A DNA stretch of 64,000 nucleotides from positions 5,580,001 to 5,644,000 of the forward strand of contig CM022669.1 in NCBI GenBank assembly GCA_012295275.1, read 5' to 3'. The DNA comes from Chrysomallon squamiferum. Taxonomy: Eukaryota > Animalia > Mollusca. The notes beneath the pieces are model-generated. The model was not told where the DNA came from and did not search any database. It was given only the letters and a program-made list of their open reading frames with translations. A program made the translations under genes and the position numbers. Numbering within the stretch: position 1 is the stretch's first letter; each line of letters begins with the position of its first letter. Of the stretch, positions 1-14,500 are shown in pieces.

Positions 1-1239
1 TTCATGATATAACCCTAAATTGTTTTTATTTAATAATTGTTCTCTTACTATCACAAGTATTATTTCTTTCCTATTATTACTACTACTATTAAAAATTAAG
101 ACACCTACATTAATAGTTATTATATGTACTATTATAACTGCTACAACTACCACTAACCATTACCATAACTAGTACTACTATTATTACTACTCTACTACCC
201 CTACAACTACTGTAGCAGAGTAGTAATAGTGGTAATAGTAGTAGTAATAATGAACTTGATAGTTACTAAATGTAAAGTCATGTATTGTTTACAGTTTAAA
301 ACTGAAACATTATTTTAAAAAGTCAACAAATCAATACTTTTAACAAATTCTTGTGGATTCAAAATAAATAAATAAACTGGTGATCTACAAACAAAACGCA
401 ACAAATAACAATATTGCCTTAGTAATAATGTATCATTTATTTATATTAACTTTTTTCTGCATCTTTCTTTTTTTCGTTTTTTTTTTTTCTTTTTTTTAAT
501 TTGGTAATTTGTAATAATTTTTAAAATAATAAATTCAGTATAAAAATATAAATATCACAGTGTGGTTTTAAATGCTTGAAGAATATATGAAAATCGTATA
601 CAATGATAAACAATGCTTTGCAATGTACAATAAAATAATATATAAAATATAAACAAAAAGTAAAACAAAATAAACTATAAATAAATAAATAAAGCATTTA
701 ATTAAAAAAATATAACTTTTTTTTTTTCAAGTACATTAAATACAGCAATACTGTCAAAGCAATGAAAACAACAGCACCGTAAGAAATCATACGTACAACA
801 AACACAACATTTATGAAAATACTGGGTATTTTTTGTTGTTGTGATAAATGAAGAAAATATATATTAATAAATTAACAAACAAAATAATTATAATAATGAT
901 GATTATCATGATTATGATGATGATGACAAAAGCTTTATTTTATATGAATTAAATTTTTTTCAACGTGTTTGTTGGTTAGTGTTATTTCAAAAAATTACTG
1001 TTACCCATTTTAATTCAGTAAAATATTGTTTTTGTGTTAGTAAAACAAAAACTGTGATTAAGACGGGGCTTTTAAAAAAATTTGGTTCCCTTTCTTTTAT
1101 TATTATTTTTTTGAATTTATTTTTTTATTAAATTTTTTTGATTAATTTTTTTTTTAATTTTAATTTTTTTAATTTTTGGATAATTCAATAAAATCTGTTT
1201 TTTAAACAACTAAATGCAAATTATAAGTTTGTGTTAGTA

Positions 1240-1625
1240 AAATAAAATACTCTTCTGTATGTTAATTCAATAAAAAAAAAAGATTCTGTGTTAATAAAGT
1301 AAAAATATATTATTTATTTTTGTTTAAAACATCTGCAGTTATAACACAAACACCACTGATGTATTAAAAATATATGCAAATACAGTATAACACATTTTGT
1401 GTTAAAAATACATACAATTATGATACAAACAAGCATTCTGTGTTACAAACACATGTAGTTACATAATTAGCACACATTGTGTTAAAAATACACACAGCTA
1501 TGGTTGCCACATGTATTTGGAAAGTTCATACAAGTTACGGTAAAAACATGATTTTGTGTGAAAAACACGCAGTTATGGTACAAACACACATCCTGTGTTA
1601 CAGACATTTGGCATTAAGACATAAA
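1240..1625. repeat. Degenerate ~40-bp tandem repeat just downstream of the CCDC192-like stop codon
   Basis: Recurrent 'acaca(t)tttgtgttaaaaatacatac/cagttatg'-like units. Confidence 0.55.
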
Positions 1626-1649
1626 ACCAGACTGCTGCTGAAAGTGAAG

Positions 1650-4264
1650 CTATGATGCAAACATGCTATTCATTGGTTCAAGGTCACTCTTTAACGCTGC
1701 ACTGGTTTCATTGTTCAGGCACTCGTCCAGTAACATCTTCTCTCTCGTATCTCTGCTCAGCATTTCAACAGTCAAACATTTCGCTTCATTGTCTAGAGAC
1801 TTCACTTTCTGCAGCCTCTTCTTCTTGTCTTTCTTACTCGTTCCCGACCCAGGCCTTTCACTGAAGTACATGGGAGGTGCACTGTGTATTTTACTCAGAG
1901 AGAAAGAACTATCAACACTGACCTCGGAGTCAGAATCAGAGAGGTCTATCAGGACCCCGTTCTGTTTGTGGACACCAGAGACAGATTTATCAGGTTCCAC
2001 CTTGCCTGGATTCACTTCATCTTTGATTTCATTGATGTCAGACGGCCATTTTTGTAACGGTTTGTCTATCAGCGGACCTGAGAAAAAATCGGCTTCCAGA
2101 CTGAGCGAGGATATCTTCTGAGATGACATGTCTTCACTGTGACTAGAGAAACTGTCAGAAGCGACTGTTGGGTTATCCATGTTGCTGTGTGCACTCTGCG
2201 ACTCCTCCAGTCTTTTGATTACACCGTCTTTGTCTTGTATGGCTTTCTCCATGTTGTTTATCTGCTGGCTGAGTTCGGAGACTTGGTTGGACAGATCTAT
2301 GATCAAGTCTGTTCTGTGAATGCCATCATTCTCTGGTTCACCTTCCTTCTGATATGACTGAAGTTTGTCTAGAAAAAAACAAAATAAGTCCAGATTTTAA
2401 TAGGCTCACCTTCCTTTCTGATACGATTGAAGTTTGTCTAGAAAAAAACAAAATAAGTCCAGATTTTAACAGGCTCACCTTCCTTCTGATACGACTGAAG
2501 TTTGTCTAGAAAAAACAAAATAAGTCCAGATTTTAATAAGTTTTGTTTTTCATTCTGTTAATTAATGTAATAACTTTAGTAAAGCTTTCCTTTTGTGTTA
2601 TTTTTTAAAGTTCTTTATATATACCTGTTTCTTTTTTTTATTTCTCTAATGTAATCGAGCACAAAAATAAAACTGAATTCTTGGTGATATGACTTTCTAT
2701 ATATATAATTTTATTTATTTAAATGAGGGTTATTCTCAGACAAGAAACAAAATAAAATATTGCATAACAATATTTGTTCAGATCATTTATAGGCAGATAC
2801 TGTGTATATTTGGTAGTAATAGATATTTTATTTCTCAGATAAAATATTTAAAAAATATAATACTAATAATAAAAGATGTACAAGCCATTAGCTGATTAAA
2901 AAATAAGTATTAATAACTTAAAAACAGTAATTATGTTTTCTTTAATATTCTGTTGTTAGAAATAAAGAATTAAGTTAACAGTGCAGAAGACTATAAAATT
3001 CTACAAAATAAATATTAACAAAATAAAATTCAAATATGCATTAATTTAAACATCGTAAGAATAAAATGGGAAGAAATTAAAAAATAAATAAATAAAAGGG
3101 AAATAATAAACAGAAATATTAGACATTCTTTGTTTAAAACATGTCACTTTATATGATTGGAAGATTTAACTTAGAAAAATTAAAATTTGTTTCAAATTAT
3201 AAAAGTAAAAAAAACAATAACACACATTTCTGATATATAACAATATATTTTCTCTCTGGAGAATGTGTGTTTAATCTGAGTGATAAAAAGCAAACATTTA
3301 GGTTCAGTTATTACGTTGCAATTGCAGATTTTCCTCCAAGAGTTTATCACTCTCTGTTTTCATCTCCAGATGTCGTATTGAAGCCTCTTGTTTGAGTAAA
3401 ATTAACTGAGAAGATAATTTCTTTGTTCGCTGTTTGTGCTTCTGCTTCTGTTGAGAAAATATGTAAACAATGAGGCAAATTTCTGATTTAAAAAAAACAA
3501 TATTATAATTTAATAAATCTTAATCAAATGGAAAAGGTTCTAATTATTTATAAGTTCTAGTTTATATTTTTGAAAGTATACTAATTAAAATATATTAATA
3601 GGTTTTATCTGTCAATGAAAACTAATAATAATAATTTTATTTGATTATAATTTCAAAAAAGTTGAAGAAAACTTCTCTTAATTAGTTAGATTTTTCTGAG
3701 TACATTGTGGACCACATCTTTCTGCAGTCAGTGTTTGATATGAAAGATGAGGGTATGTGTTGTTCTGTCTATAGGACTATGCAGACAAAAGAGCCATTTG
3801 CTGACTATAAATAGCAGAAACAATACTGACAGCTGCATCCATCCTCACTAGTAAAATATTAAAATAATTTCCTGGCTTCCATGCATTACGATAGAAATAT
3901 AGAAATACTTGTCAAAACATCCTTAAATAAGCTTTAACATAAACATAAAAATCATTTCTTATAACTATTATACATTGACTTGTTTCATGTATTGGATAAA
4001 TTACAATTTATGATTCTCAAAACCAATTTTTATTAAAATTAATTTTTTATTTCATAATTTATAGAAGGAAAATAAAACACACACATACACGTATAAATTA
4101 ATGAACACACAAGCATGTATGAATGCACACACACAGACACACACACTAACACACAAGCATGTACAAATGTGCACACACATACACCTACACATATACATAC
4201 ACACAGAAACACCCAAGCATGCATGAATTAATGAACATAAAAAAACACAGAAGCATGTGTGAAT

Positions 4265-4337
<73 letters not shown>

Positions 4338-5155
4338 CACTAATACACATAGAAACAGATATGCACTTACCAGCTGAATGATTTCCTGCTGCAGATTCTG
4401 GCACGTCTCTTCAAGCTGGGCAATCTGTGAGTCTTTGGTTTTTAACACTTCTTCACTGATGGACATGGAAGTGGACGTTTCTGATAAAGTTTTAATTGTT
4501 TCTTCCAAAGTCTCCAGCTTTTCTTCTAGGTCAAGTCTCTGACTCTCACTCTCTGCCAGCTTGATAAATAAATAAATAAATAAATAAATATATAAATAAT
4601 GATGATGATGATGTTCATGTTAATGAAAATGATAACTAGTAATAATAATAATAATAATAATGAGGATGATGATGATAATGATGCTTATGGTGATAATGAT
4701 AAAATAATAATAATAAAAATAATACTGATGATGATGATGACAATGATAATAATGTGAGGAAGGTAAAATACTGATACACTAAAAATGAAGGCAAGGGGAA
4801 AAAAGTATTTAATACAGAGAAAGATGAGAAGAGAGAGAGAAAATGAAAACAGAACTGTGGAAAAGTGCTGTTACAGTTAATATAAGGAAAAAGTGTTGAT
4901 TTTTAATAAAAAAAAGAAATTTTCCTGTGTAATATTTTATAACAAAATGTATGGAAAAATATATTCAAAATGTTTTAAAATACATTGCATATCTATTTAA
5001 AAAATCAAAGCCTACAAATACTGTTATTAAGTAGAAATAGCTGTTTAAATACTCACTAATTGTTCTAGTTTTTTAACATTACTCAGTGCATTTGCCAGAG
5101 AAGTTTTGGAACTAGCATCAGACTTTGTAATTTCTTCATTCTTTAAAGAAAAAAG

Positions 5156-5187
<32 letters not shown>

Positions 5188-5886
5188 AGATTTATATTAA
5201 TGAAAAAATTATTTAAAATTAATTTCAAAAAATGTGTAAGATGAGAAAAAAAGAATCATATGTTAATATTTTGTTTAACCTAGTAACAAGGATTTTTTAA
5301 TGGTTTTTATTATTATTTTACTACAAAACGTTTTAATGAGAATATGCAAAGAATAAAATATATTATATATCTCAGACACAGTAATCTATCTAGATTATGA
5401 ATTAAAAATAAATGAGGTTTGCTGAACTTATTATTTTTCTTTTTTCAAGATTTTAACATGAATGTGTACATTTTGGATATTTCATTTGGAGATTTTTGTT
5501 TCTTTCTATTATGGAAGAAATACTAACAGCAGATATGATAATATCTTATTTGAAACAAAAACATTAAACACAAATAATTAAATTCACCTTTCTGTTTTTA
5601 GTAGCTTCAAAATCTTCTATTCTGGTTTCAATTTTATTTGGTTTAATCTTACCACTTTTTGGCCTTCAACAACAAAAAGGAGAACAAATATATCAGTTAA
5701 TTACTTGTGTCTCATAAATTTTTTATTTATAAAAGTGTTATTATTTAATAATATTACACGAATTTCGGATATGATCGAATATAGAACATACGTATATTAT
5801 TTTGTAAAAATTGAGATTTAAAACGAAAGGCTTCACCTTGAATAATTCTGAACTGATTTAACCTGGGTACTAGAACCTGAACCCAT
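1650..5886 (-). CDS. CCDC192: Coiled-coil protein, CCDC192-like (6 exons, about 416 aa)
   Basis: Phase-consistent GT-AG exons 5837-5886, 5588-5663, 5057-5140, 4371-4559, 3315-3447, 1650-2368. Protein: MGSGSSTQVK...LEQLLAESESQRLDLEEKLETLEE...EEVLKTKDSQIAQLE...KQKHKQRTKKLSSQL...LIIDLSNQVSELSQQINNMEKAIQDKDGVIKRLE. These blocks resemble my recollection of vertebrate CCDC192 (KDQCIQKL, KLKHEKKVKKL, LIMELSTQV). The gene structure is solid; the name is from memory. Confidence 0.7.
2334..2540. repeat. Three-copy ~68-bp tandem duplication spanning a splice acceptor
   Basis: 'tcaccttccttctgata..actgaagtttgtctagaaaaaaacaaaataagtccagattttaa' occurs three times. Confidence 0.9.
4076..4350. repeat. (CA)n microsatellite with degenerate CA-rich flank
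   Basis: Perfect CA run at about 4265-4325. Confidence 0.9.
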
Positions 5887-6070
5887 TTTAATAAAATTTG
5901 TGATCTGGCTGTTTTCCAATTATCTGTACATGAAACATGCAACTGTATCCTTAAAAATTAAAAGTCGCCATGTTGTTGGCAATATAAACAACTCATAACG
6001 AGGCTGCACAGTACACTGATTCCCAACATTTGAAATTTTGGTATAATTGTTATTTATCAAGACTACCAAG
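5887..6070. promoter_or_regulatory. Compact bidirectional promoter between the CCDC192-like gene and FBXO22
   Basis: Divergent start codons only 184 bp apart; YY1-like CAACATGGCG on minus (~5966-5975) and CAAGATGG overlapping the FBXO22 ATG. Confidence 0.6.
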
Positions 6071-6883
6071 ATGGACGTTCTTGGTGAGAAATCAGCTAAA
6101 AACGGAGATGGTTATTTTCAAGCACAGATTGATTGTACTGATACTGGACAGCATTTATGTTCATATGTATTAACCAATTTTCCGTTTATAATAAAAAACA
6201 TTTTTCAATGTTTAACAGCAAAACAACTCAACAGCTGTTCAAGGTATCGTAATAACTATTGTTTTGTTTTTTGTAAGATAGATTACCGACTCATTTGGTC
6301 ATTACATCAGAAGATTCAGTTTATATTTACTGTTTTAATACAGTAGTTATTATAATATATTTATATTATAACATTTTCAAATATTGCTACCTTGTGTAAG
6401 AAACATTAATAGTCACTTAAATTTATTATACCTATATTTTCAAAATCAATTTAACTTGAAGTTAAATGAAATACCCATAGTGTTACTAACTAAAAGTTAG
6501 TAAATCACAATGTTTGAACTTACGTTATTACAACAACAACAACAAAAAAAGACATTAATATCGTGCACGACAGTAACATGAAAATGCGAATTTATCATAA
6601 AATTATGATTTCCATGACTATTTCAGAGACTTGTTAAATTTATCACAGCATAAGTAAATTTTTTTTTTTTTTTAATTTTTTCCTCCCCCAGGGTATGTAA
6701 AATCTGGCAGGCAGCAGCAAAGAAGGTGAAACTTTCCAGAAGGCCTATTGTGTGGGGTTACTTTAAAGAAGAAGTTGAAAATGAAAGTGGTGTTAAAATC
6801 ATAGTTTCAAATGTTAAGAATTTTATACAGGTAAACTGGATAAATATTTAATAATTCAGGTACAAAAACAAATCTATTATTTA

Positions 6884-6916
<33 letters not shown>

Positions 6917-9102
6917 GTCATGCTACTTACATAATGTAAAACAAATGTAATTTAAAATGCAGCATATGTATTGCATTTGAAAATCCATGCAGCCGTAGTG
7001 CCAGTGAAGATAAAGCGCTGCAGCCTATAAGATCAGAAAGTTTGCGCACCTGTTCTAGAATTTATATCCCTAAATAAATAAATTGTCGTTTTTATTAAAT
7101 AACATTTATAGCATATAAATGAAAAAGATCTTTGCATTGGATTATTTAATATTTTTCTTTATTTTACTTGTTTTGTTTTTGGTTTAATTTTTAATTTTAT
7201 TTTTCATATCAATGTTGTTATTTCAGAACCTGCCAGTTGAGCCAAGTTTTGTTCTGTTATTCTGCTCCACCATGCTGCATGACGAGCCTGTTAAAGTGTT
7301 TAATTCAGAAAGCAGACAGACTCGCCAGGCATCTAAAGCCGAGCGAATAGACATGGCAATCTTCCTGAGCAGACAGCTTCCAGACTCATGTAAACTGTGT
7401 GCCGTGACTGCTGATGGGGTCATAGGTAACAGTTAAATGAAATACAGCAACGTAATCATATCAGAATTATAAAACAAAAACATCTGCAAAATGCAAAATG
7501 ACAAAAACGCCATTTTATAAATGAAGTAGCAGATTAGAGTATTAAAAAAGAAAGGAGGATTGTTAATTTGTTTGTATCATTTGGTGATTTAAAACTTCAG
7601 AATTTATCTTTTAAACACGAAAATTTCACTTTAAATTCACAATACGTGAACATGTTAAATAATTAATATCATAACTTTTATATATAAACAAAAACTACAA
7701 AATCATGAAAATGTTATTTTGGTTGTTTTTTTAATATTGAAGTATTTATTATATGACTGTATGTTCATTAAAAGAATATAAAAAAAGAAAAGAAGAAAAA
7801 AGTACACACTAAAATGTCTGAAACTAACTATACACAAATGATATGACTGATTCGCAAAACTTTTTATCATTTTTGGACAGGCAGCAGCAGTAACTTAAAA
7901 GAAACAGAGGAAATGGAGGGAATACTTGCCATGTCGTGTGTGTGTTTCGCTGAGATGGATCAGATCAGTATTTCACAGATGTACTTGGACAGCGATCAGG
8001 GAAACACACTGGCTTGCTACTGGAATGACACAGCTAAGGAAAACGACTTCCAGTTCTCACTGATTCCCAGAGAGAGATTGCTCAGAATGCTGGTTTTTCT
8101 TTGTGATGAACCATTCTGTTCACAGGAGTTGAGTTTTTCTCTCTACAAAATTTACAACCATCCTTTAGTTGTTGGAGGTTTTGTCGACAAGGTCATATGT
8201 CCACCCACCTGGCAAAACGATTGCACGTAATTCATTTTAGACTTATAATAACACATCGACGTTAAAAAAAAAAAGAAAATGAAATTTTAAATAACAAATT
8301 TTAAGTTTTCACAAGTTTTTCTAGAAACATTATGCTGTAGTTATTAGGGAGGGCAAGCAGTATCCAAAATTATTTTATCTTTTATTTCTAGAAAAAAGAA
8401 CAAGATTAATTTAGGTTATTTTTTTTCAGTAATTTGATTTAAATTAAGGTTTTTAACATTTGTCAATATTTTTGCAAGAGTCACTGTTTTGGTTTTGTGT
8501 GCGTGCATACACACACATACACATTCATATAAAAATATCAATTTAAAAATTGGTTTCTGGCTGCACTAATGTTAAATAATTGAATTTCATCACTGCAACA
8601 TTTTAACCATGCACATTCTAGTTTTTGAAAAAGTAAAAAAAAACATTTCACATATAATTTTTTTTTCAGAACTGATGTTCCATTTTTGTGCTGTGTTGGT
8701 TTTGGTGGAAACAATCTTCGGGTTGCCTCAGTGATTCTCAAAGATGATGTGAGAGACAAAGAGGAAGTTGCTAGGGTGATAAAAACACTGAAAGACATTG
8801 GCCTGCCTGAAGACAACAGTCTCGCATTCATGTTTGCGTGTGTGGGCCGGGGAGTTCACCACTACAAAGAGCGAAATGTGGAATCGACGATATTTCGCAA
8901 GTTCTTTCCAAACACACCTTTGCTTGGATTGTTTGGAAATGGGGAGGTGGGTTTCCAGTACCCACTTCATCGGGTCTCAGAGATGGACAAAGATGGAGCC
9001 GAAAACCGTTACAAACAGAATCAAACAAGTTACATGAACTCACACCCACCAAAACTGTATCATGCCTACACAACAGTGTTTTCTCTCATGTCTTTCAGCT
9101 GA
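6071..9102 (+). CDS. FBXO22: F-box only protein 22 (F-box + FIST domain), 5 exons, about 429 aa
   Basis: Phase-consistent exons 6071-6243, 6692-6830, 7227-7425, 7881-8226, 8670-9102. F-box 'VLTNFPFIIKNIFQCLTAKQLNSCSRVCKIW'; FIST-C 'AFMFACVGRGVHHYKERNVESTIFRKFFPNTPLLGLFGNGEVG...LYHAYTTVF'. Confidence 0.92.
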
Positions 9103-11466
9103 TAAGAGAACACAATACTTGAAACTATTATGTACACATAGATCTGTTTTGTTTGTTACTGTATATATCAGTTTTACACACACACACCAACACAAATAGA
9201 AACACTATATACATGTTTTTATATACATACATACAAACATACATACATACATACTTGTACATAGTTGTACATACTTGTACGTCCACCTCCAACATGCATA
9301 CAATTGGTATTTATCTGTACTTAAAATCACATAAACCAATATAAGGAGAAAACCTGCTTGTTAAATTGTGTAAAATGGAATAAACAATCCAGTAATAATA
9401 ATAAAGATAGTAATAACAACAATCGTAATGAAATATTAGATTTAGCTATTGATTATGTAGAGCAAAACTAATAAAATAATGGTGCAAAAAAGCACATTAT
9501 GATTATGGCATTATTTCTCAACAGGCTTCAGTAGAAAGGTAATGCATAATAATTTTATTTTCCTGTACATAAATAACCATTTTGTTTTTAATTATATGGA
9601 ATATCTGTTCCAACAGAATGTGTAAGTGAAAATAAAAATCATGAAGAAACTAGTTCTTTTATCTGCTAACTTACTACTGTTAAGCAGTATGTTTCAGAAT
9701 ACAGAAGCTGTGCCAGGGATTATTGTTGTTTTTAGGAGGGAAGAAAAAAGTGTGCCTCAGCAATGGGCCTTTTTTTAATTGCTATAAGATTTTCACTACC
9801 CTCTGCATTGTTAAAATGTAGCAGATTAAAAATATGCTATTTATGCCATAAAGAAAAATTAAAAAACAATATAAAACACAAATAAATTGCATGTTTATTT
9901 ATTTTATTTGGTTTTTCATTTTAAAGTATTGAATCACTAAGTTTAAACCAATACAACAGAAAAAGCATTACAATGAAAACCTGCATTCTGAATATTGCAC
10001 TGATTACAAATAGTGCATGTATTAATGTCCGTTATTTTTAATTAAATTGAAATATTTTTGACCTTGTTTATAAGTGTAAATAAAATAATAATAAAAATAA
10101 AAATAGATGTTTATATGTTAACTGGTTGTGCAAAATATTTGAAAAAGGAAAAGAAGAAAACACCCACTTATATCCCAGAAAAGAAATGAACAAATGTGAA
10201 TTACTGGACGCAAAAAGATTGGAGTAGAACAAAATGGTCCCTAATTTCAAATTATGTAGAAAACAGCAAAATATGTGTAATTTTCTAAGAAAAATAAATA
10301 AAATTACCAAGAATATATCTTAATGTAATATATATGACCAATTCAACAACAAAAATAATGCATCTAAATCAATTAACTGTAATGAAAATCTTTATGCTGT
10401 TCAATTATGAATGATTAATGATAGGTCAATACATAAATAAATCTAAATTATTTTCTTTCTGGTCCACTGAAATTGGATAATAAATTGATTCTTAAAAGCA
10501 GTATGATTGTCAACAGTAAACTGACTCAAAAATATTCAGCAGGATGTATCAGTTAATTCCATATTTATTTTTAAAATAAAAAAAAAAAAAAAAAAGATTA
10601 GCAACTAAAAACATAAAAAAATTGTTAAGATGTGTTCACATATCAAACCACAAATGAAGAACCTGTTGTGTTAAATTCAGAATGCTTTGACAGCCTAATT
10701 GTCTGTATAAAGCATAGCTTTAAATGTTACAATTTTTTAATTAATGTTTTTCTTACAAATATACCATGTTAACTGCTGTGTCCCGAGGATTTCGTATTCC
10801 TGGTACACAATTCTTACAATCTGTCTAGGAGCATTGAGTAAAGACTGATGTTAAATTATTATATTTCAAATTTAATGTAATTTATATATATATATATATA
10901 TATATATGTGGGTAACTTCACTTAAAAAATAAGTGTATTATAGGTAATAATTTTGACAGTAGTAATAAATAAATAAATAAAAATATATTAAAATGCTTGC
11001 CTATCAGATTTAAGGAAAAATGGTTCTGTAAAAACTAGTGGAATGTTGTGTAAAAGTTTTCTCTCAGAAAATATCTTAAGCAGGTCTGGCATATAAATAT
11101 ACTGTAAATCAGAAAACATCAGTAATCTTACAATTTACAAAAAATCAAATAAAAAAATCAATATCAGATGACAAACCAGCAAGCTGCAACTTGTCAGCAT
11201 ACTTATCTGTAATATACATGTATTAAAACAGTAATTTAAGCTAATTTTGAAATGCTAGGAACATTAAGATAGCTAGCTCAATGATTTTGCCTAAATAAAA
11301 GAGTTTTATCTGGAAACAAACCTGTCTTACGGCAAACAAATTAGTTTCAGTGCTATTAACCATTATGTCATGCTAGTAAATTCCCTCAGCTTTCATTCAC
11401 AAACAAAATGGTATATTTAATGTATTTCAGAATTGATCTGAGTCCCATCATGCATCAGGTGTGCTA

Positions 11467-11500
<34 letters not shown>

Positions 11501-14500
11501 TTTTGTACCTGTATCATGATTTATACCTGCATAATATTAAATATATATATACAAATCTCATGTCAATGACTATTCAGATATGTAAAAGTGCTTGCACAAA
11601 TTTAGATTTAAATTTAATAAAATAAAATGAATTTGTTTACTAGGCAGTTATTCTTGCTGTTGTGGAAACCTTTTGTTCATACACCTTAACATAAAACTGC
11701 AATTTCAACAAACAGTACAGACAACAAAAAATTACATAAATGAAACCTTACCTTGCAAAAATAAATTCAGCACTTACATAAGTTTACAATATGTACATAA
11801 AATAAAAATATTCATTAAATATACTAATTCAGAAGTAAAAAGAACAAAGATAAATGTTCAAGCATAAACACAAATACTGTCATAAATACTACAAATTAAA
11901 CCAGACTATGCTATTTATAAAAGTTTTATTTGCAAAACTAAAAATAAGAAGTTTGTATTTTATCAGCATGTAATTTAAATCTTCAGTAAAAAATATATAT
12001 TTGATTCACACACTAGTCACTTATCAGATCAGTGGAATGTGATGTTATACGATGTAAACATAATCTAAACTGATATGCATTAAGTGGAGTTCTTATAAAT
12101 GTTGTTCAAATGTTTGACATAATCAGTTAACAGAATAAAGTGACATTTTTCAATTATAATACCCTGTAAAAAAAAAAATATATAAAATAATATAAAGTCA
12201 AATGTAATAAAACTTATACTATCCATTCAGTTTTCTTGCTTTGTTCTATCTGTCTGTATTGATACATGCAAATCAGTGTTATCCTCAGTATGTTTTGTAT
12301 CAGATAACAAAGAGAAATATCATATGAATGATACCAGTCATCATGAGTGGACATGATGTTGTGGTACATTCATTTCTGGTCTGGTCCTATGAGTGTCTGA
12401 TTTTAATGTTTTGTTGTAGAAATTTAACACTTGCTGACACATCTTGTTATAAATGTCACTCACAATAAAAACACACTGCAGTCAATAACTTTTGTCTGAG
12501 ATTCAAACCTCTTCTCTTCTTCGACTTCTATTGCACATTCATGAATCTAATTACTTATACTAATTGTGCTGAACATGCTAACAAAATGCTGTTACGATGA
12601 AAAAATAAACTAATGATAATAGAAAGAAAAAGAAAATCCAAAATTTGCAAGAGATAATGAAGAGAACTGCACATCTTTTTGCAAAGAACTAAATTTGAAG
12701 AAATGAAGCTTTGGCACACATGTATTAAAACTGATATGATACACATATTTCAAAATAGATGTGATGCTTCAAAAAAGAAAATAATTACATAAATGACTAA
12801 TAAATAATATATATAACAACATATAACAAAAAATAAAATCATACCAAATGTATCTGTATAATCTATTAGATGACTAATCTACTTGACTGAAAAATAAGAA
12901 CCAAATTTATTATGGTCAGAGGTGTAAAATCCTGAAGTAAAATTCCATCAATCAACACTTTTTGTTTTCAAGTTTCATCTTAAACAAACACATCAGCAAT
13001 TGCCATACACTTAACTATTACCTAACCATTCAAACTAATCTGAAGCAAATAAATAAATAAATTATTCTACAACACATTCTAAACAAATTAAAACAGCTAC
13101 CTAAACAGCAGAGTAAATAAATGAAATCTCTAACAAAATATATTGCAAAATAAAATATCAACAAAAAAAGCTATAACAAAATAATAAAAAACTGTTACAT
13201 GAATCAGATGTTTGGTCACTTTGGTTGAATATCTAAGTCAAGTACATGGAACTATGAAAAATTACATAGATCAGAGAAATATGAATGTTTAACAAAATCA
13301 AACAATCTGTGTAAAGTCATGGTGCATATGACAATCTGAATAGCATAAAAATACTTACGTAACATAAATCATTTATTAAGTAAATTGAATAATTTCATGA
13401 TCAAAATCTTCTATTTATTAAACAAATAAAAATTAAAGTTAATAGTTATGTAAAAAGTTAATAATAATAATAAATAAATAAAACAAATAAGTAAGTAAAC
13501 AAAGACTGCCCCCAACCCAAAAAAAAAAAAAAAAAAAAGTAAAATTAACAAAACATGGAACCACAAAAAAGACAGGGAACCTCAATACATCAATAAATAA
13601 ATATGACTCATATGGACTGAATATTAACATAACATTAACATACAAAAAATATCAACACATGGACCATATTCTGCAGAACACTACCTAATATCCATCATAT
13701 TACATTGAATCTGAATCAATTTTATGTTTAGTTTGTTGTATTTTGACAGAACAATTATGATTAAATATTAATTCATACAATAATAATAATAGTAATAAAA
13801 ATAATAATAATGATAATAATTAGTATTATTATTATAACAATAACAGTAATCATAATAACAGTCAAAACTTCCTTTAAAAATAAAAAAGACAAATAAAAAT
13901 TTTGCATAGGTATCCATCACAATACAATTTCTACATAATTATACACTGATGCTACATACTATCATCTTACAAGTAAGGTTTTTATTTATACAATAATGAG
14001 CTGGTTGCTGTTAATTTTTAAAATTTCAAAATTTTCAGATATTTAAAATGTTACAATTTTTTTTTTTTTAGATATCATTAAAATGCCAATGTTTATGTGC
14101 ATTTTCACTCAAAAAGCTGTTTTGTGTTAAAAATTCACACAAAAGTATTCACACTATTTACATACCATTCTTGCATAGATTAGTATTTATTTTTTAGATT
14201 TATTACAAAACTTATTTTCATTACATAAGCAAGCAGTAGAATAAACAAAGTAAAATAAAAATAAAAATAAAAATAAAAATGTACAGACAGAAACATTTAA
14301 GAAAAGAAATAAAAATAATAAGGTTTATTTTAGAAAACTAACCATAACTTCAAAATATTTAATGAGACATATTTCAAGTCTGATATAAAAGTTCAAAACA
14401 AAGTTTATGTAAGTTATTGATCACACAAATTCTGAGACTGAAAAGAAATCACGGGATTTTATAAAATACTTTTAAAACAATAAGCTAATTTCTGCATTTG

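Noticed and set aside
4039-4377. ORFs rich in VC/HT repeats (likewise poly-Ile at 44664-44906 and VC at 63569-63751)
   Set aside because: Translations of microsatellites
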